Shown one piece after another: positions 48,289 to 60,400 of a stretch of 64,000 nucleotides of DNA. Each line of letters opens with the position of its first letter. Positions within the stretch are counted from its first letter, which is position 1. The translations under genes were made by a program, and so were the position numbers. Source of the stretch: Fidelibacterota bacterium (GTDB lineage: Bacteria; Fidelibacterota; Fidelibacteria; Fidelibacterales; DSDE01); NCBI GenBank assembly GCA_046735395.1, contig JBJKQR010000036.1, positions 1 to 64,000 on the forward strand, read 5' to 3'. The notes beneath the pieces are model-generated. The model did no database searches and was not told the DNA's origin. It saw only the letters and a program-made list of their open reading frames with translations.

Positions 48289-49452
48289 ATGGAAACACAG
48301 AACACGTTTGATCCGGGCAGCAAGAACATTCTGGTCGTAGATGACAATGTCTCGTTTATCGAACTGGCCTCCACTCTGCTCAGGAATGAGGGTTACAACG
48401 TCTATTTCGCGACCAATGGCCGGGACGCGCTGACGCGCATTGAAAAACTCCCTGTTGATCTCATCCTGCTCGATATTATCATGCCCGACCTGGACGGTTA
48501 TCAGGTCTGCGAGATGATCAGAGAAAGTGAAACGAACTCGGACATTCCCATTATTTTCCTGACAGCCCAGTCTGAAGTCTCCGATATTGTCCGGGGTTTC
48601 GAGGCGGGCGGACAGGATTACATCAACAAGCCCTTCAACAGCCGGGAACTGATCAGCCGTGTGGGAAACCATATCATGCTGAAACACAGCAGCGATCAGC
48701 TGAAAAATGAAATTTCCACGCGGAAGCAGGTGCAGAAGGAACTTGAGATCGCCAATAAGGCCAAAGACAAGCTCTTTTCCATCATTGCCCATGATCTGAA
48801 CAATCCCTTTTCATCCCTGCTTATGTCCGTGGATCTGCTTAAAGACAGCTTCGAAAAATTCAGCGACCAGGATCGCCGGATCAGCCTGGAACAGATGAGC
48901 GAATCCGCGCACCGCATTTTTGAACTCAACCGCAATCTTCTGACCTGGGCCCGCGCTCAATCGTCACGAATTGAAGTCCGTCTCAGCACCTACAATATTT
49001 ACGATATTCTGGCAGAAAATGTTGCCCTGATCTCCGAACTGGCCGAGAAAAAGGACATCTCCATCTCCATGCCTCCCCCAAACACCGTTCCCATCGTCGC
49101 TGACCGGGACCTGCTGAACACGATTTTCCGCAATATTCTGACCAACGGCATCAAGTTCACCGAACCCGGCGGAGACATTTTCATCGGTATTGAAAGCAAT
49201 ACGGAGTTCGCGGAAATCAGCATTCGGGATACGGGCGTCGGAATACCGCCGGAAAAACTTCCGAAACTGTTTTCCGTGGGAGAACAGAACAGTACCGCGG
49301 GGACTGCGAAGGAAAAAGGCACCGGCCTGGGCCTCCTCCTTACCAAGGAATTCGTTGAACTGAACCACGGAAAAATTGCTGTAACCAGCAGCGAGGGAAA
49401 GGGCAGCACCTTTACGGTCTCCATTCCCCTTTATAAAGAATCGGATAACTGA
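48289..49452 (+). CDS. Hybrid REC-histidine kinase
   Basis: LLDIIMP; AHDLNNP; NGIKFT; DTGVG; GTGLGL. Confidence 0.95.
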   Translation: METQNTFDPGSKNILVVDDNVSFIELASTLLRNEGYNVYFATNGRDALTRIEKLPVDLILLDIIMPDLDGYQVCEMIRESETNSDIPIIFLTAQSEVSDIVRGFEAGGQDYINKPFNSRELISRVGNHIMLKHSSDQLKNEISTRKQVQKELEIANKAKDKLFSIIAHDLNNPFSSLLMSVDLLKDSFEKFSDQDRRISLEQMSESAHRIFELNRNLLTWARAQSSRIEVRLSTYNIYDILAENVALISELAEKKDISISMPPPNTVPIVADRDLLNTIFRNILTNGIKFTEPGGDIFIGIESNTEFAEISIRDTGVGIPPEKLPKLFSVGEQNSTAGTAKEKGTGLGLLLTKEFVELNHGKIAVTSSEGKGSTFTVSIPLYKESDN

Positions 49453-49531
49453 GGAAACGGCTCTCCGAAGTCAGGACACAGGGCTTTTCCAATTGCCCGG
49501 GATATAAACACAGAGCAGGACATAGACGAAG

Positions 49532-52500
49532 ATGATTCATAAACTTCAGCAATATCTACTGGTCGGGTTGCTGATTTTACTGCCGAATCTCAGCAAAGCC
49601 GCCGGACTGCCCGATGCCGAATTTCTCTGCAATCTTGCAGAAGGCTGTACTTCCGCCGAGCAGGTTCAGGCCCGGGAATATCTGGATAGAGGCCTTGACA
49701 TTGTCGATTCCCTCATCATACTTCAGGGGAAAAAAGATGAACGCTGGTCTCAAATCATCTGCCTGAAAGCCCGGTTCAGCCGGAAATTGGGACATATAGC
49801 CCTGGACGAAGGCCGTAATAATACAGCCCTCGCCTGTTTCCATGAAGCCTATGCGCTCTGCCTGCAGGCAGATTCCTCCCGTAAGACCGAATCCGATACG
49901 GAGCTCCACCAGACGATGGCCCGCTGTCTGAATGACATCGGATTGTCCCATATTCATCTCGGGAATTTTGACAAGGCGGCCGCTTCCATTCGAAAAGCTC
50001 AGGTCTATTACAGGGAATTAAAAAATGAGGCCGGAGTGGCTACCTGTCAGAATTATCTGGGAGAAATTCTGATTGCACGGATTTCGGAAGATCCTGCACA
50101 CTTCAGCCCCCGACTGCTGCAGGAGGCGGAACAGCATCTTCAGAATGCCATGAGCTACGCAGCATCGCAGACAGACAACTCCCTGTCAGCAACTCTCCAG
50201 GATAATCTTGGACAATTACAGAAGTTGAAGAAAAACACCCGGCAGGCTCTGGAATATTTCCAGAACTCCCTGGAAAATTTTCAACGGACTTCTGATGAAA
50301 AGAATATGGCCAGGGTTATGAACCATATCGCCGGAACCTATCTGGATATGGCCCGGCTTCAGAACGATCCCCGGCTTCGATCCGAATATTTCGATTCGGC
50401 TCTCTTCCATTCTCAGAAAGCATATGAGGCGGCAAAACGACTAGGACTGCTTTCACTGCAGAACGAAATTCTGGCAAATCTCTTCACGATCCACACGCTT
50501 ACAGCCAATTATCCGGAGGCCCTCGCCTGGGCGGATTTGTACCTGGCAAATATGGACAGCATTTATCACGCTGAAAAATTGGATGTCATGGCCGATCTGG
50601 AAGCGAAATACGAGCTTCAGACCCGGGAGCAGGAAACCCAGAACCTCGCCCGTGAACTTGAGGAAAGCAACCGAAATCTCGCCGTGCATACCCTCCTCGA
50701 GAGCAGTGCCGTCATCGGCCTTGCGCTGGCGCTACTCTTTGCAGTGATGGCGTTTCGAGCCCGCCGAAAAATAGAAAAAATCAACATTTCTCTGGAAAAT
50801 ACAATTGAGGAGAGGACCCGGGAGTTCAAAATCGCCGCGCACGATGCCTGGGAACGGATGAAGGAGATCCGCTGTCAGTATGCCATCAGCAGGCTCATGG
50901 ATGACCGGAACTTAAGCTTCGAAGAATTCCTGAAGAGAGCCGTTCTGGAATTACCGCCTGCTTTTCAGTATCCGGATAAGGCTGTGGCTTCCATCGAATT
51001 TGACAACCTTTCGGCTCGTACACCCACATGGCAGGATGGCCGGTGGATGCTCATCGAAGACATCATGGATGGGGAGCAGAAGCGCGGCCGCATCCGTGTC
51101 AGCTACCCGGAAGCGATTTCGGATTCGGAGGTCAATCCATTTCTGAAAGAGGAAACAACGCTTCTGGAACGAATTGGTGCAGGCATTATCCAGCACTATC
51201 ACCGCCAGAAAGCCGAAAGCGAAGCAAGTATCTTCAAGGCCCTCGCCGATACGGGTGTTCATGGCCTGGCTATCAGCGACCTGCAGGGACATTTGCTTTA
51301 CGTCAATCCCTATTTTGCCCGCATCCATGGCTACGATCCGGAAGAACTCTCCGGTCAGAGCTTAATGATCTTTCACCGCGAAGCTCAGCAGGACTTGATC
51401 CAGGATTCCATTGACGAATTGATCGAGACGGGACAATTCCAGGAACTGGAGCTTGAACATGTACACCGGGACGGCCATAGTTTCCGGATGCTGATGAACG
51501 GCGTCCTGCTGAAGGACAATGCCGGCAAGGCTGCCGAGATGGCGGTTACGGCCGTGGATATCACCCAGATCGTGGAAGCCCGGGAAAAGATCCACCGCTA
51601 TAATGAGGAGCTTGAACGGGAGGTTCGCGCCCGTACGGAGGAGCAGAAAGCCACGCTCGATAAAATGGAAATCCTGAACAACTCCCTGATCAGCCATATC
51701 ATGGCGCTGAATGAATCCGCCATTGTCTCCACGGCAAATATCAATGGTGAAATAATCAGCGTCAATGATAATTTTATCAAACTGTACGGCTATACAAAAG
51801 ATGAACTGCTGGGAAACAGCCACAAACTACTCAATTCCGGTTACCATCTTCCTGAATTCTGGAAGTCCATGTGGAGCCAGGTACTGGGCGGACATACCTG
51901 GCGGGGCAATGTGAAGAATAAAGGTAAAGACGGCCGCTTCTTCTGGGCAGACACGGTCATTACGCCGGTTCGTGATGAAAAGGGAAAGGTCACAGAACTG
52001 CTTGCCATCCGTTTTGATATTACCGAAAAGCGGCTGGCTGAAGAACAGCTGAGAGACGCGGAAGAACAGAGCCGGCTGCTTCTGAATTCTGCCAACGAGG
52101 GGATTTTCGGCCTGAATGAGAAGGGAATTATCACCTTCATAAATCCCATGGTAACCTCTCTGCTGGGCTATAACCCCGGTGAAATCTATAATATGGACGC
52201 CCATGATTTTCATCCGCACATCAATCCTGTGAACGGCCAGGTCTATCCGGATGACGATTGCCCGCTGAATGCCGCCTACAGCCTGGGAAAATCCTCTCAT
52301 GTGGAATTTGATTATTTCCTGAGAAAGGACAAGTCCAAACTGCCGGTGGAATATAACGCCACGCCCATTCTGAAAGAAGGGGAAATTCTGGGCGCCGTCA
52401 TCACCTTCAACGATATCAGCGAACGGCTGGAAGCAGAAAACCAGCTGAAGGAAAGTCAGGAGAGGTTGGCCCTAACCATCGACGGCAGCGGGGACGGGCT

Positions 52501-55500
52501 CTGGGATTACAACCATGTGAAAAACACGATGTGGTATTCAGACCGTTTCCGGCAGATGCTGGGTTTTCGGGATGAAACGGATTTCCCGAACCTTGAAGAT
52601 TCGTTTTACAGCTGCCTGCGGCCGGAGCGCGTGGATATGATCCGAACTTCGGTTCGGGATCACATAAAATATGACAGCATTCTGAATCTCGATGTGGAAT
52701 GCAGAAATAAAAAAGGTATCTGGCGCTGGGTCAACCTGCGCGGTAAATCCCTGCGCAGCAAAGATAAACGTGCTATCCGGACCGCCGGCTCCATGACGGA
52801 CATTACGCTCCGCAAACAAGCAGAGGATGAGATCCGAAAGCTGAATCTGGCCATCGAACAGAGCCCGGTTACCATTGTTATTACTGATGTGAACGGATCT
52901 ATTCAGTACGTGAATCGCAGATTCTGCGATGTCACCGGATATAGTTTTAACGAAGCGATCGGGCAGAATCCTCGTGTACTCAATTCCGGATTGCAGCAAC
53001 CGGAATATTATAAGGAAATGTGGGAAACCATAATCAGCGGGAAATCCTGGCAGGGTGAATTCATCAATAAAAAGAAATCCGGTGAACTTTTCTGGGAAAA
53101 TGTCTTTATCTCTCCCCTCTTCAATGAGGATGGCGACATCAGCAGTTTCATGGCCGTGAAAAATGATATTACGGAAAAAAAGGAAGCCGAGCGGCTCATT
53201 GCAGAGCAGCAGCAGCAGATGGAAATTCTGATCAATACCATCCCCGGAACGGCCTACCGCTGCCTGATCGATGAACACTGGACCATGAAATTCATCAGTC
53301 ACGAAATTGAACGGCTTTCCGGATACCCGGCAACCGATTTCGTTGACAATGCAGTCCGCAGCTACTCCAGCATTATTTATCCGGATGATCTGGAAAATGT
53401 TGACCAGGCAATCCACGCCGCCATCGAGCAGAACCGGCCCTATACCATTGAATACCGGGTCATTAAGAAAAATGGAGAGATTGTCTTCGTATATGAGAAA
53501 GGGCAGGCGGAGTATGATGAGGATCATCATGCCGTCATGCTGGACGGAACCATCATTGACATATCCGACCGGAAAAAAATGGAGAACGAGCTGACCCTGT
53601 CCCGGGAAAACATTCGCAAAGTTATTGAATCTGCACCTGTCGGCATTGCAATTCTGGATTATTATACACTCAAACCACTTCTCGTCAACCGGGAAATCTG
53701 CAAGGCCCTGGAGATTGACTACCGGGACGCCCTTGATTTTTCCACACTCAGCATTCTGCCCGATCCGGACAGCGCCACAGACGTGAAGGAATCCATGATG
53801 ACGAATGGTCATGTTCTGGGGCAGGAGCGCCTTTTTCGCAGGCAGCAGAGCGGTGAGGATTTCTGGGCTGTCTTTTCCATGATCCCCATCGATTTCGAAG
53901 GAAAACCGGCGGTCCTCATCAGCTTCACGGATATTACCAACCGGAAAAAGATGGAAGAGGATCTGGCTGCCAGCAAACAGGCGGCAGACACCATTGTGGA
54001 TGCTATGCAGATCCCCACCGTCGTAACCCGTATCAAAAGCGGCGAAATCCTTCGCGCGAACCAGGCAATGGCCGACTTCCATCGGATCGATATGAAGGAC
54101 GTCATGGCCATGACCGCTTATGATTGGTATGCCAATCCGGATGAACGGCAGGCCCTGATCTCAAAAATGCAGACATACGGCAAATTATCAAATGAGGAAG
54201 TTCGCTTCAAGATAAGTACAAGCGGTGAAATCCGCTACACTCTGCTTTCCTTTGTTCCCATTCGTTTCATGGGAGAAAACTGCCTGCTCGGATCTTTTAT
54301 CGACATTACGGAACTGAAGAATATTCAGAAGGAATTGTCTGTAGCCAAGGAGGATGCGGAAGCTGCCACCGTGGCCAAAAGCCAGTTCCTCGCATCCATG
54401 TCTCATGAAATCCGCACGCCCATGAACGCCATTCTCGGCCTTACGGCGCTCACGCTCAAAACCCAGCTTGACCCCAAACAGGCGGATTATCTCCAGAAAA
54501 TTGACCGTTCCGCCCTGTCGCTGCTGGGAATTATCAATGATATTCTGGATTTTTCCAAGATTGAAGCGGGCAAGATGACCCTTGAAGATGCGAGTTTCGA
54601 TCTGGAGCAGGTCATCGCCACCGTAACCAATCTCATTTCCCAGAAAGCACAGGAAAAAGAACTTGAATTTTCCATCCACATTGACCGAAATATTCCCCTT
54701 TATCTTGTGGGCGATCCGGTCCGTCTCGGCCAGGTTATTACCAATTACTGCAGCAACGCGGTGAAATTCACAGATCAGGGGGAAATAATTCTGCGTGCGG
54801 ACCTGCTGGAGGAAACGGATGATGATGTAACATTGCAGTTCTCGGTACAGGACACAGGAATAGGCCTGACGCGAAAGCAGCAGGATCGGCTCTTTCAATC
54901 CTTCTCACAGGCAGATCAATCCACCACCCGGCGCTTCGGCGGTACCGGCCTGGGACTTGTCATCAGTAAAAAAATCGCCGAGATGATGGGCGGAAAAGTC
55001 TGGGTCGAATCCAGGTATCATTTCGGAAGTACCTTTTATTTCAGCGCGACCCTGAAAAAACAGGAAGAGCAATGGCGAAAGGAATTCAAGCCTTCGGGTG
55101 AACTTACTAATATGAATGTGCTGATCTGTGATGATAATGAAACCGCACGGGAAATACTCGAGGAAGCGCTCACCGCATTTTCATTTGCGGTGACTACCGT
55201 AAAGTCGGGAAAGGAAGCCATCGAAGCCATTAAGGCAGGACGGAAGGATCCTTTTCAGTTGGTCATTATGGATTATAAGATGCCCGAAATGAATGGGATA
55301 GAAACAGCTGAAATCATAAAAAGTGAGGTGGGCATCCACATCCCCACGATTATCATGATTACCGCTTTCGGCCGCGATGAAATCGCAGCCAAGGCGAAGG
55401 ATGTAGGAATCGAAGGCTATCTCGAAAAGCCGGTTACCTACTCCATGCTGTTTGATACCATCATGAATGTTTTCAGGAAGGATGCCCGCACCAGTAAGGG

Positions 55501-56623
55501 CAAAAATGAAGACCGGCGTCCATATCAGGCGAAACTGGACAAAATACAGGGTGCACGGATTCTCCTCGTTGAAGACAACGAAATCAATCAGCAGGTTGCC
55601 GGTGAATTGCTGGAAAATGACGGATTTTCCGTTGACATTGCCCAAAATGGCCTGGCAGCGCTCGTCATGCTTAAAACCTCTCAGGAAACCATACCCTATG
55701 ACATAGTCCTTATGGATATTCAGATGCCCATCATGGACGGCTACAAAACAACTCAGGAAATCCGCAAGCTGCCCTTTTTCGATTCAACACCCATTGTTGC
55801 CATGACTGCCGATGCCATGACGGGTGTGAGAGAAAAATGTCTCGCAACCGGGATGCAGGATTATATCACCAAACCTATTAATGAGGACGAGGTCCTGACA
55901 GCGCTGATTCGCTGGATCAAACCCGGCCGGAGTGAATCTGCCATTGGAAGCCACAGACCAGGGAAAGGACAGAAATCCAATTCCGATAGCGCTGCGCAGG
56001 GTGAGGATCTCCCGCCCATTACCGGGATTGATGTTGTCGCAGGACTGAAACGGATAGCAGGGAATAAGGACCTGTACCGGAACCTGCTGCGGAAATTTGC
56101 AGCCGATTATTCTGATTTTGAAAAGTCCCTTCTGGCCATTATTCAGTCGAATGAGACTGAGGCGGCCATTCGCCTGGCCCATTCATTAAAAGGTGTTTCC
56201 GGCAATCTGGGGGCAGATGGCATCTTCATTTTAGCACGGGATCTGGAAGCTGTCCTGCGGACTTCGGCCAGTGATCAGGATAGCTGGCAGGAGTTGCTCA
56301 GGCGTGTCTCCCTGGAACTGAACCGAAGCATCGAAAGCATCTGGGAAAACTTCCCCGAAAGACGCGATACCGTCAGGGAAGAACCGACGGAGGACGTGGA
56401 TATGGAGGCAGTTGCTGCCGCACTTGATGATATGACAAACCATCTTGAGCAGTACAGCACAAGGGCCGGCGATGATTTCAGGCGCCTGAAAACCATTTTG
56501 AAAGCGTCCGGTTTTATGGATGAGATGAAAAATCTGGAAAAATATATCTCGGGCTATGATTTCGAGAATGCCGTCATCATCGCGATGGAAATAAGAAAAA
56601 AACTGGAAGATCTTGGTGAATAA
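49532..56623 (+). CDS. Giant hybrid sensor kinase: TPR - TM - GAF-like - 8 PAS - HisKA - HATPase - 2 REC - HPt
   Basis: TPR-like helices; eight segments ending DIT/DIS; SHEIRTPMN; MDYKMP; MDIQMP; AHSLKG. Confidence 0.93.
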   Translation: MIHKLQQYLLVGLLILLPNLSKAAGLPDAEFLCNLAEGCTSAEQVQAREYLDRGLDIVDSLIILQGKKDERWSQIICLKARFSRKLGHIALDEGRNNTALACFHEAYALCLQADSSRKTESDTELHQTMARCLNDIGLSHIHLGNFDKAAASIRKAQVYYRELKNEAGVATCQNYLGEILIARISEDPAHFSPRLLQEAEQHLQNAMSYAASQTDNSLSATLQDNLGQLQKLKKNTRQALEYFQNSLENFQRTSDEKNMARVMNHIAGTYLDMARLQNDPRLRSEYFDSALFHSQKAYEAAKRLGLLSLQNEILANLFTIHTLTANYPEALAWADLYLANMDSIYHAEKLDVMADLEAKYELQTREQETQNLARELEESNRNLAVHTLLESSAVIGLALALLFAVMAFRARRKIEKINISLENTIEERTREFKIAAHDAWERMKEIRCQYAISRLMDDRNLSFEEFLKRAVLELPPAFQYPDKAVASIEFDNLSARTPTWQDGRWMLIEDIMDGEQKRGRIRVSYPEAISDSEVNPFLKEETTLLERIGAGIIQHYHRQKAESEASIFKALADTGVHGLAISDLQGHLLYVNPYFARIHGYDPEELSGQSLMIFHREAQQDLIQDSIDELIETGQFQELELEHVHRDGHSFRMLMNGVLLKDNAGKAAEMAVTAVDITQIVEAREKIHRYNEELEREVRARTEEQKATLDKMEILNNSLISHIMALNESAIVSTANINGEIISVNDNFIKLYGYTKDELLGNSHKLLNSGYHLPEFWKSMWSQVLGGHTWRGNVKNKGKDGRFFWADTVITPVRDEKGKVTELLAIRFDITEKRLAEEQLRDAEEQSRLLLNSANEGIFGLNEKGIITFINPMVTSLLGYNPGEIYNMDAHDFHPHINPVNGQVYPDDDCPLNAAYSLGKSSHVEFDYFLRKDKSKLPVEYNATPILKEGEILGAVITFNDISERLEAENQLKESQERLALTIDGSGDGLWDYNHVKNTMWYSDRFRQMLGFRDETDFPNLEDSFYSCLRPERVDMIRTSVRDHIKYDSILNLDVECRNKKGIWRWVNLRGKSLRSKDKRAIRTAGSMTDITLRKQAEDEIRKLNLAIEQSPVTIVITDVNGSIQYVNRRFCDVTGYSFNEAIGQNPRVLNSGLQQPEYYKEMWETIISGKSWQGEFINKKKSGELFWENVFISPLFNEDGDISSFMAVKNDITEKKEAERLIAEQQQQMEILINTIPGTAYRCLIDEHWTMKFISHEIERLSGYPATDFVDNAVRSYSSIIYPDDLENVDQAIHAAIEQNRPYTIEYRVIKKNGEIVFVYEKGQAEYDEDHHAVMLDGTIIDISDRKKMENELTLSRENIRKVIESAPVGIAILDYYTLKPLLVNREICKALEIDYRDALDFSTLSILPDPDSATDVKESMMTNGHVLGQERLFRRQQSGEDFWAVFSMIPIDFEGKPAVLISFTDITNRKKMEEDLAASKQAADTIVDAMQIPTVVTRIKSGEILRANQAMADFHRIDMKDVMAMTAYDWYANPDERQALISKMQTYGKLSNEEVRFKISTSGEIRYTLLSFVPIRFMGENCLLGSFIDITELKNIQKELSVAKEDAEAATVAKSQFLASMSHEIRTPMNAILGLTALTLKTQLDPKQADYLQKIDRSALSLLGIINDILDFSKIEAGKMTLEDASFDLEQVIATVTNLISQKAQEKELEFSIHIDRNIPLYLVGDPVRLGQVITNYCSNAVKFTDQGEIILRADLLEETDDDVTLQFSVQDTGIGLTRKQQDRLFQSFSQADQSTTRRFGGTGLGLVISKKIAEMMGGKVWVESRYHFGSTFYFSATLKKQEEQWRKEFKPSGELTNMNVLICDDNETAREILEEALTAFSFAVTTVKSGKEAIEAIKAGRKDPFQLVIMDYKMPEMNGIETAEIIKSEVGIHIPTIIMITAFGRDEIAAKAKDVGIEGYLEKPVTYSMLFDTIMNVFRKDARTSKGKNEDRRPYQAKLDKIQGARILLVEDNEINQQVAGELLENDGFSVDIAQNGLAALVMLKTSQETIPYDIVLMDIQMPIMDGYKTTQEIRKLPFFDSTPIVAMTADAMTGVREKCLATGMQDYITKPINEDEVLTALIRWIKPGRSESAIGSHRPGKGQKSNSDSAAQGEDLPPITGIDVVAGLKRIAGNKDLYRNLLRKFAADYSDFEKSLLAIIQSNETEAAIRLAHSLKGVSGNLGADGIFILARDLEAVLRTSASDQDSWQELLRRVSLELNRSIESIWENFPERRDTVREEPTEDVDMEAVAAALDDMTNHLEQYSTRAGDDFRRLKTILKASGFMDEMKNLEKYISGYDFENAVIIAMEIRKKLEDLGE

Positions 56624-56882
56624 ATATTATCACTATCCTGCACAACTCAATGGCTGCAGAACCCGATTTTATGCTGTTATTAACGGTGTATCCGATTATT
56701 TTGATACGCTTACGAATCCCCGATATAAGCCCTTGATTACCCAAGGTCCTCCCTCTATCCCGCGGGCAGATCACAGAAGGAAATAGAGCTTGAAATTTGG
56801 GCTGAAATATCCAATATTGGACTTGAGGCTGTAACACGGTTCTCCCTGGGCCTCAGGTGAAACCTATAAATAGAGCCGGGAA

Positions 56883-57287
56883 ATGGAAAAAACATTCGGA
56901 ACTTTCATTCTTCTTAATTTCGAAGCGGCATTGGCGCGTCTCGGAAACAATGAAAAAATTTATTCGAAAGTCCTGTCGAGGTTTTCAGAAAACGGAAACC
57001 TCATTGATCAATGTCTGTCCGCACTGGAAAGAGACGATTATGAATCTGCCGAACGGGCCGCTCACACACTGAAGGGAAATGCAGGTACGGTGGGTGCCGA
57101 TACAGTGTACGAAATTGCGCGGCATCTGCAGACTAACATCCATGACCACCCTGAGGATAAATCCGAAATACTCAGGAAGATCCGCGACATGCGACACGAA
57201 TTTGAAATGGTCATCAAAGAAATCAACCTGTATCAGAAACGATCCCGTGAGCAAACCCTAAAAATGGAAAATCCCGGTCCGCATTGA
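56883..57287 (+). CDS. Stand-alone HPt protein
   Basis: AAHTLKGNAGTVGA. Confidence 0.9.
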   Translation: MEKTFGTFILLNFEAALARLGNNEKIYSKVLSRFSENGNLIDQCLSALERDDYESAERAAHTLKGNAGTVGADTVYEIARHLQTNIHDHPEDKSEILRKIRDMRHEFEMVIKEINLYQKRSREQTLKMENPGPH

Positions 57288-57429
57288 TCATATGCCTCCC
57301 GAAAAGAAACACATTGACGCCATCCATGACCGTTTTTGTCACCGACATCCGAATTCTTTCTCCGATCCATGATCGCCCGGGTCGGATAACTCTCCGCCTT
57401 GTTTCATTCTTCTGGAAGGTAGAGCAGCA

Positions 57430-60400
57430 ATGTTGAAATTTATCAAGGATTCCATCGGTGATATTCTCCTGATCAGTATCGGGCTGACCATTGTCGGATT
57501 CGGCTTTTATATATATTCCGGATTTAAAATACAGAATACCTATCAGAAAGCTCAGGTTTCGAGAGCCTTCGCCACCGAAATGAAGCAATCTTCGGATGAC
57601 CTCACCCGAATGGTCAGAACCTATGTGGTAACCCGAGACCTGAAATATAAGACTTATTATCAGGAAATTCTGGATATCCGCAATGGAAAATCACCACGTC
57701 CGGATGTAATCGGGGACGTGTATTGGGATCTGGTGCTGAATGATGATGAGCAACCGAAACGCAGCGGCCCGAAGATCGCGCTGACAGAACTGATGAGGCA
57801 GTCTGGAATCACCGAACAGGAGTTTGATCTGCTTGAAAAGGCCCGGCATGCTTCCGATTCTCTGACTTCCATTGAATTTTTTGCCATGAAAACCATCGAA
57901 AACCCGGCCTGTTCTGAAGAGGATCATCGGAAAATGATCAATCTTCTGTTTGATGAGAATTATCATCGCTACAAAGCCGGGATCATGGAACCCATTTCCC
58001 GTTTCCAGAAGAGAGTGAGACTCAGAACAGACGCTGTAATCCTGCGGGAAGAAAATCTCCAGAAAACCAGCCTCGCCATTCTCATATTCCTTCTGCTCGC
58101 CTCCGGATACCTTCTGAAGGAAGTAAACAGTATGCTGGAAAGCCAGTCGGAAAACCTTTCCCGGGAAGTACGAAAAAAAGCCAGCGATCTGGAAAAGACG
58201 CATAATAAGCTTCATCTGAGCGAAGAGCGCAGCCGGGCCATACTGAATGCCACAACCAACGGTATCGTCACCATTGACTGCAACGACAGAATCATCAGTT
58301 TGAATCGGGCAACCGAAACGATTTTCGGATTCAGCGCTGAGGAAATTACAGGGAAAAATCTATCCATCCTGATTGATGAAACCCATCTACCGGAGAAATT
58401 CGAATTTGCCGGATGTGGTACGGAAAACAGCAGAGAACACAATGCAGTTAGGCGCATGGAGATGAACGCCCGTCGGAAAAATGGCGACATCTTCCCCATT
58501 GAGATCGCTATCAGCGATGTAAAGCTGAATGATGAAACCTTCTTCACCGCAGTCTTTTCGGATATTTCTGAACGGAAGAAAAGAGAAGCGGAACTCAGAG
58601 AAAGCAAGGAACGCTTCCGCAATATTTTTGAGAGCAGCCCTGATGCCATCATGCTCCTTCATGATTCGCGGTTTATCGACTGTAACGAAGCCACGCTGAA
58701 TTTATTCGGCGTTCCCGATGTATCCAGGTTTCAGGGCCTGCAGCCCGCCGCGATCTCACCCCAGACACAGCCGGACGGACAGGATTCCCATAAATTATCT
58801 ATGGCTCATATTGATGAAGTTCTTGAAAAAGGATATTCAAAATTTGAATGGCTGCACATCCGGGTAGACAACAACCACCCCTTTATATCCGAAGTCATCC
58901 TCAGTCCCTTCAAAGACGGGTCAAATATGATTCTGGTGGTGGTACGGGACATTTCCGAACGAAAACAGCAGGAACGGATCCTTGCGGAAAGCAGGCAGCG
59001 CTACGAGAATCTTGTCAATGATATCGGCGATGAATACGTCATTTTTTCCTACATCGGGGACACCGGTGTCATCACCTACGCCAGTGATGGAATGCAGGAC
59101 ATCTTCGGAATTAAGAAAGACAACATCATCGGCAAGGTGTGGATCAATGAAATTGACTGGAATCCGGAAGATCTTGACCGTGCTGTCAGGGAAATACAGA
59201 ATCTGGTTGAGGGTAAGATGGATATCTCACGGCTTGAGCTCAGATTCCGGCATCCGGACGGAGAAGAGAAAAGCATTTATGTCATATCACATCCCCGTTG
59301 GGTCAAGGGGCAGGATGTGCCCTTTATCGAAGGAATCCTTCAGGATATTACGGAAAGAAAGAAAGCCGAAGCCGAAATCCTGAAATCCAGGGAGGAGGCC
59401 GAAAAGGCAAACAGGGCAAAAAGTGAATTCCTCGCAAATATGAGTCACGAAATCCGCACACCCATGAACGCCATCATCGGCATGACCGAACTGATGATCA
59501 AGACAGACCTCAACACCAAACAGCGCAATTATTCGGATAAGGTTCTCATGTCAGCGAAAGGACTCCTGGGTATTCTGAATGATATTCTGGATTTTTCCAA
59601 GATCGAAGCCGGCAAACTCACGATGGAGAAAAAAGCCTTCCGGCTGCACGATGTCATTGATAATCTGGCCGGAATTTTTGAATTCAGTTCGGAAAGGAAA
59701 AAAATACATCTGATCTTTGATATTGATGATGAAATTCCCGAATTCCTGACAGGTGATGCACTTCGGCTGAGTCAGATTCTGACGAATTTATGCAATAATG
59801 CACTCAAGTTTACCGGTGAAGGCGGAAAGATCATCATTCATGCGGAATTGGAAGGCCGGGAAACCAGAGACCGGGTAAAGATCCGTTTTTCCGTATCGGA
59901 TACGGGTATCGGTATCAGTGAGGAACAGCAGGCCCGGCTCTTTCAGGCTTTTTCCCAGGCGGATGTTTCCACCACCCGTAAATACGGCGGAACCGGCCTG
60001 GGTCTGGTTATCTCTCAGCGGCTGGTTCATATGATGGGCGGGCAGATCTGGGTCGACAGCTCTGTGGGCTCCGGATCAACCTTTTATTTTACTGTCCTGA
60101 TGGATATTGACAGAAATCATCCACAGGATCTGGAATTGAACAGCGTACAGGAATCGGAAGAGAGAAAAAATCATCTGAAAGGCGCGAAAATCCTTCTGGT
60201 TGAGGATAATGAGATCAATCAGGAAGTGGCCATGGACCTGCTTGCCGATTTTGAAATACAGTTTTTCATTGCGAATAATGGCCGGGAAGCGCTGGAAATA
60301 TTGGACAGGGAAACGGACTTCGATGGGATTCTGATGGATGTGCAGATGCCGGTGATGGACGGCTGCGAGGCAACCCGGCAGATCCGCAGCCGGGAAAATT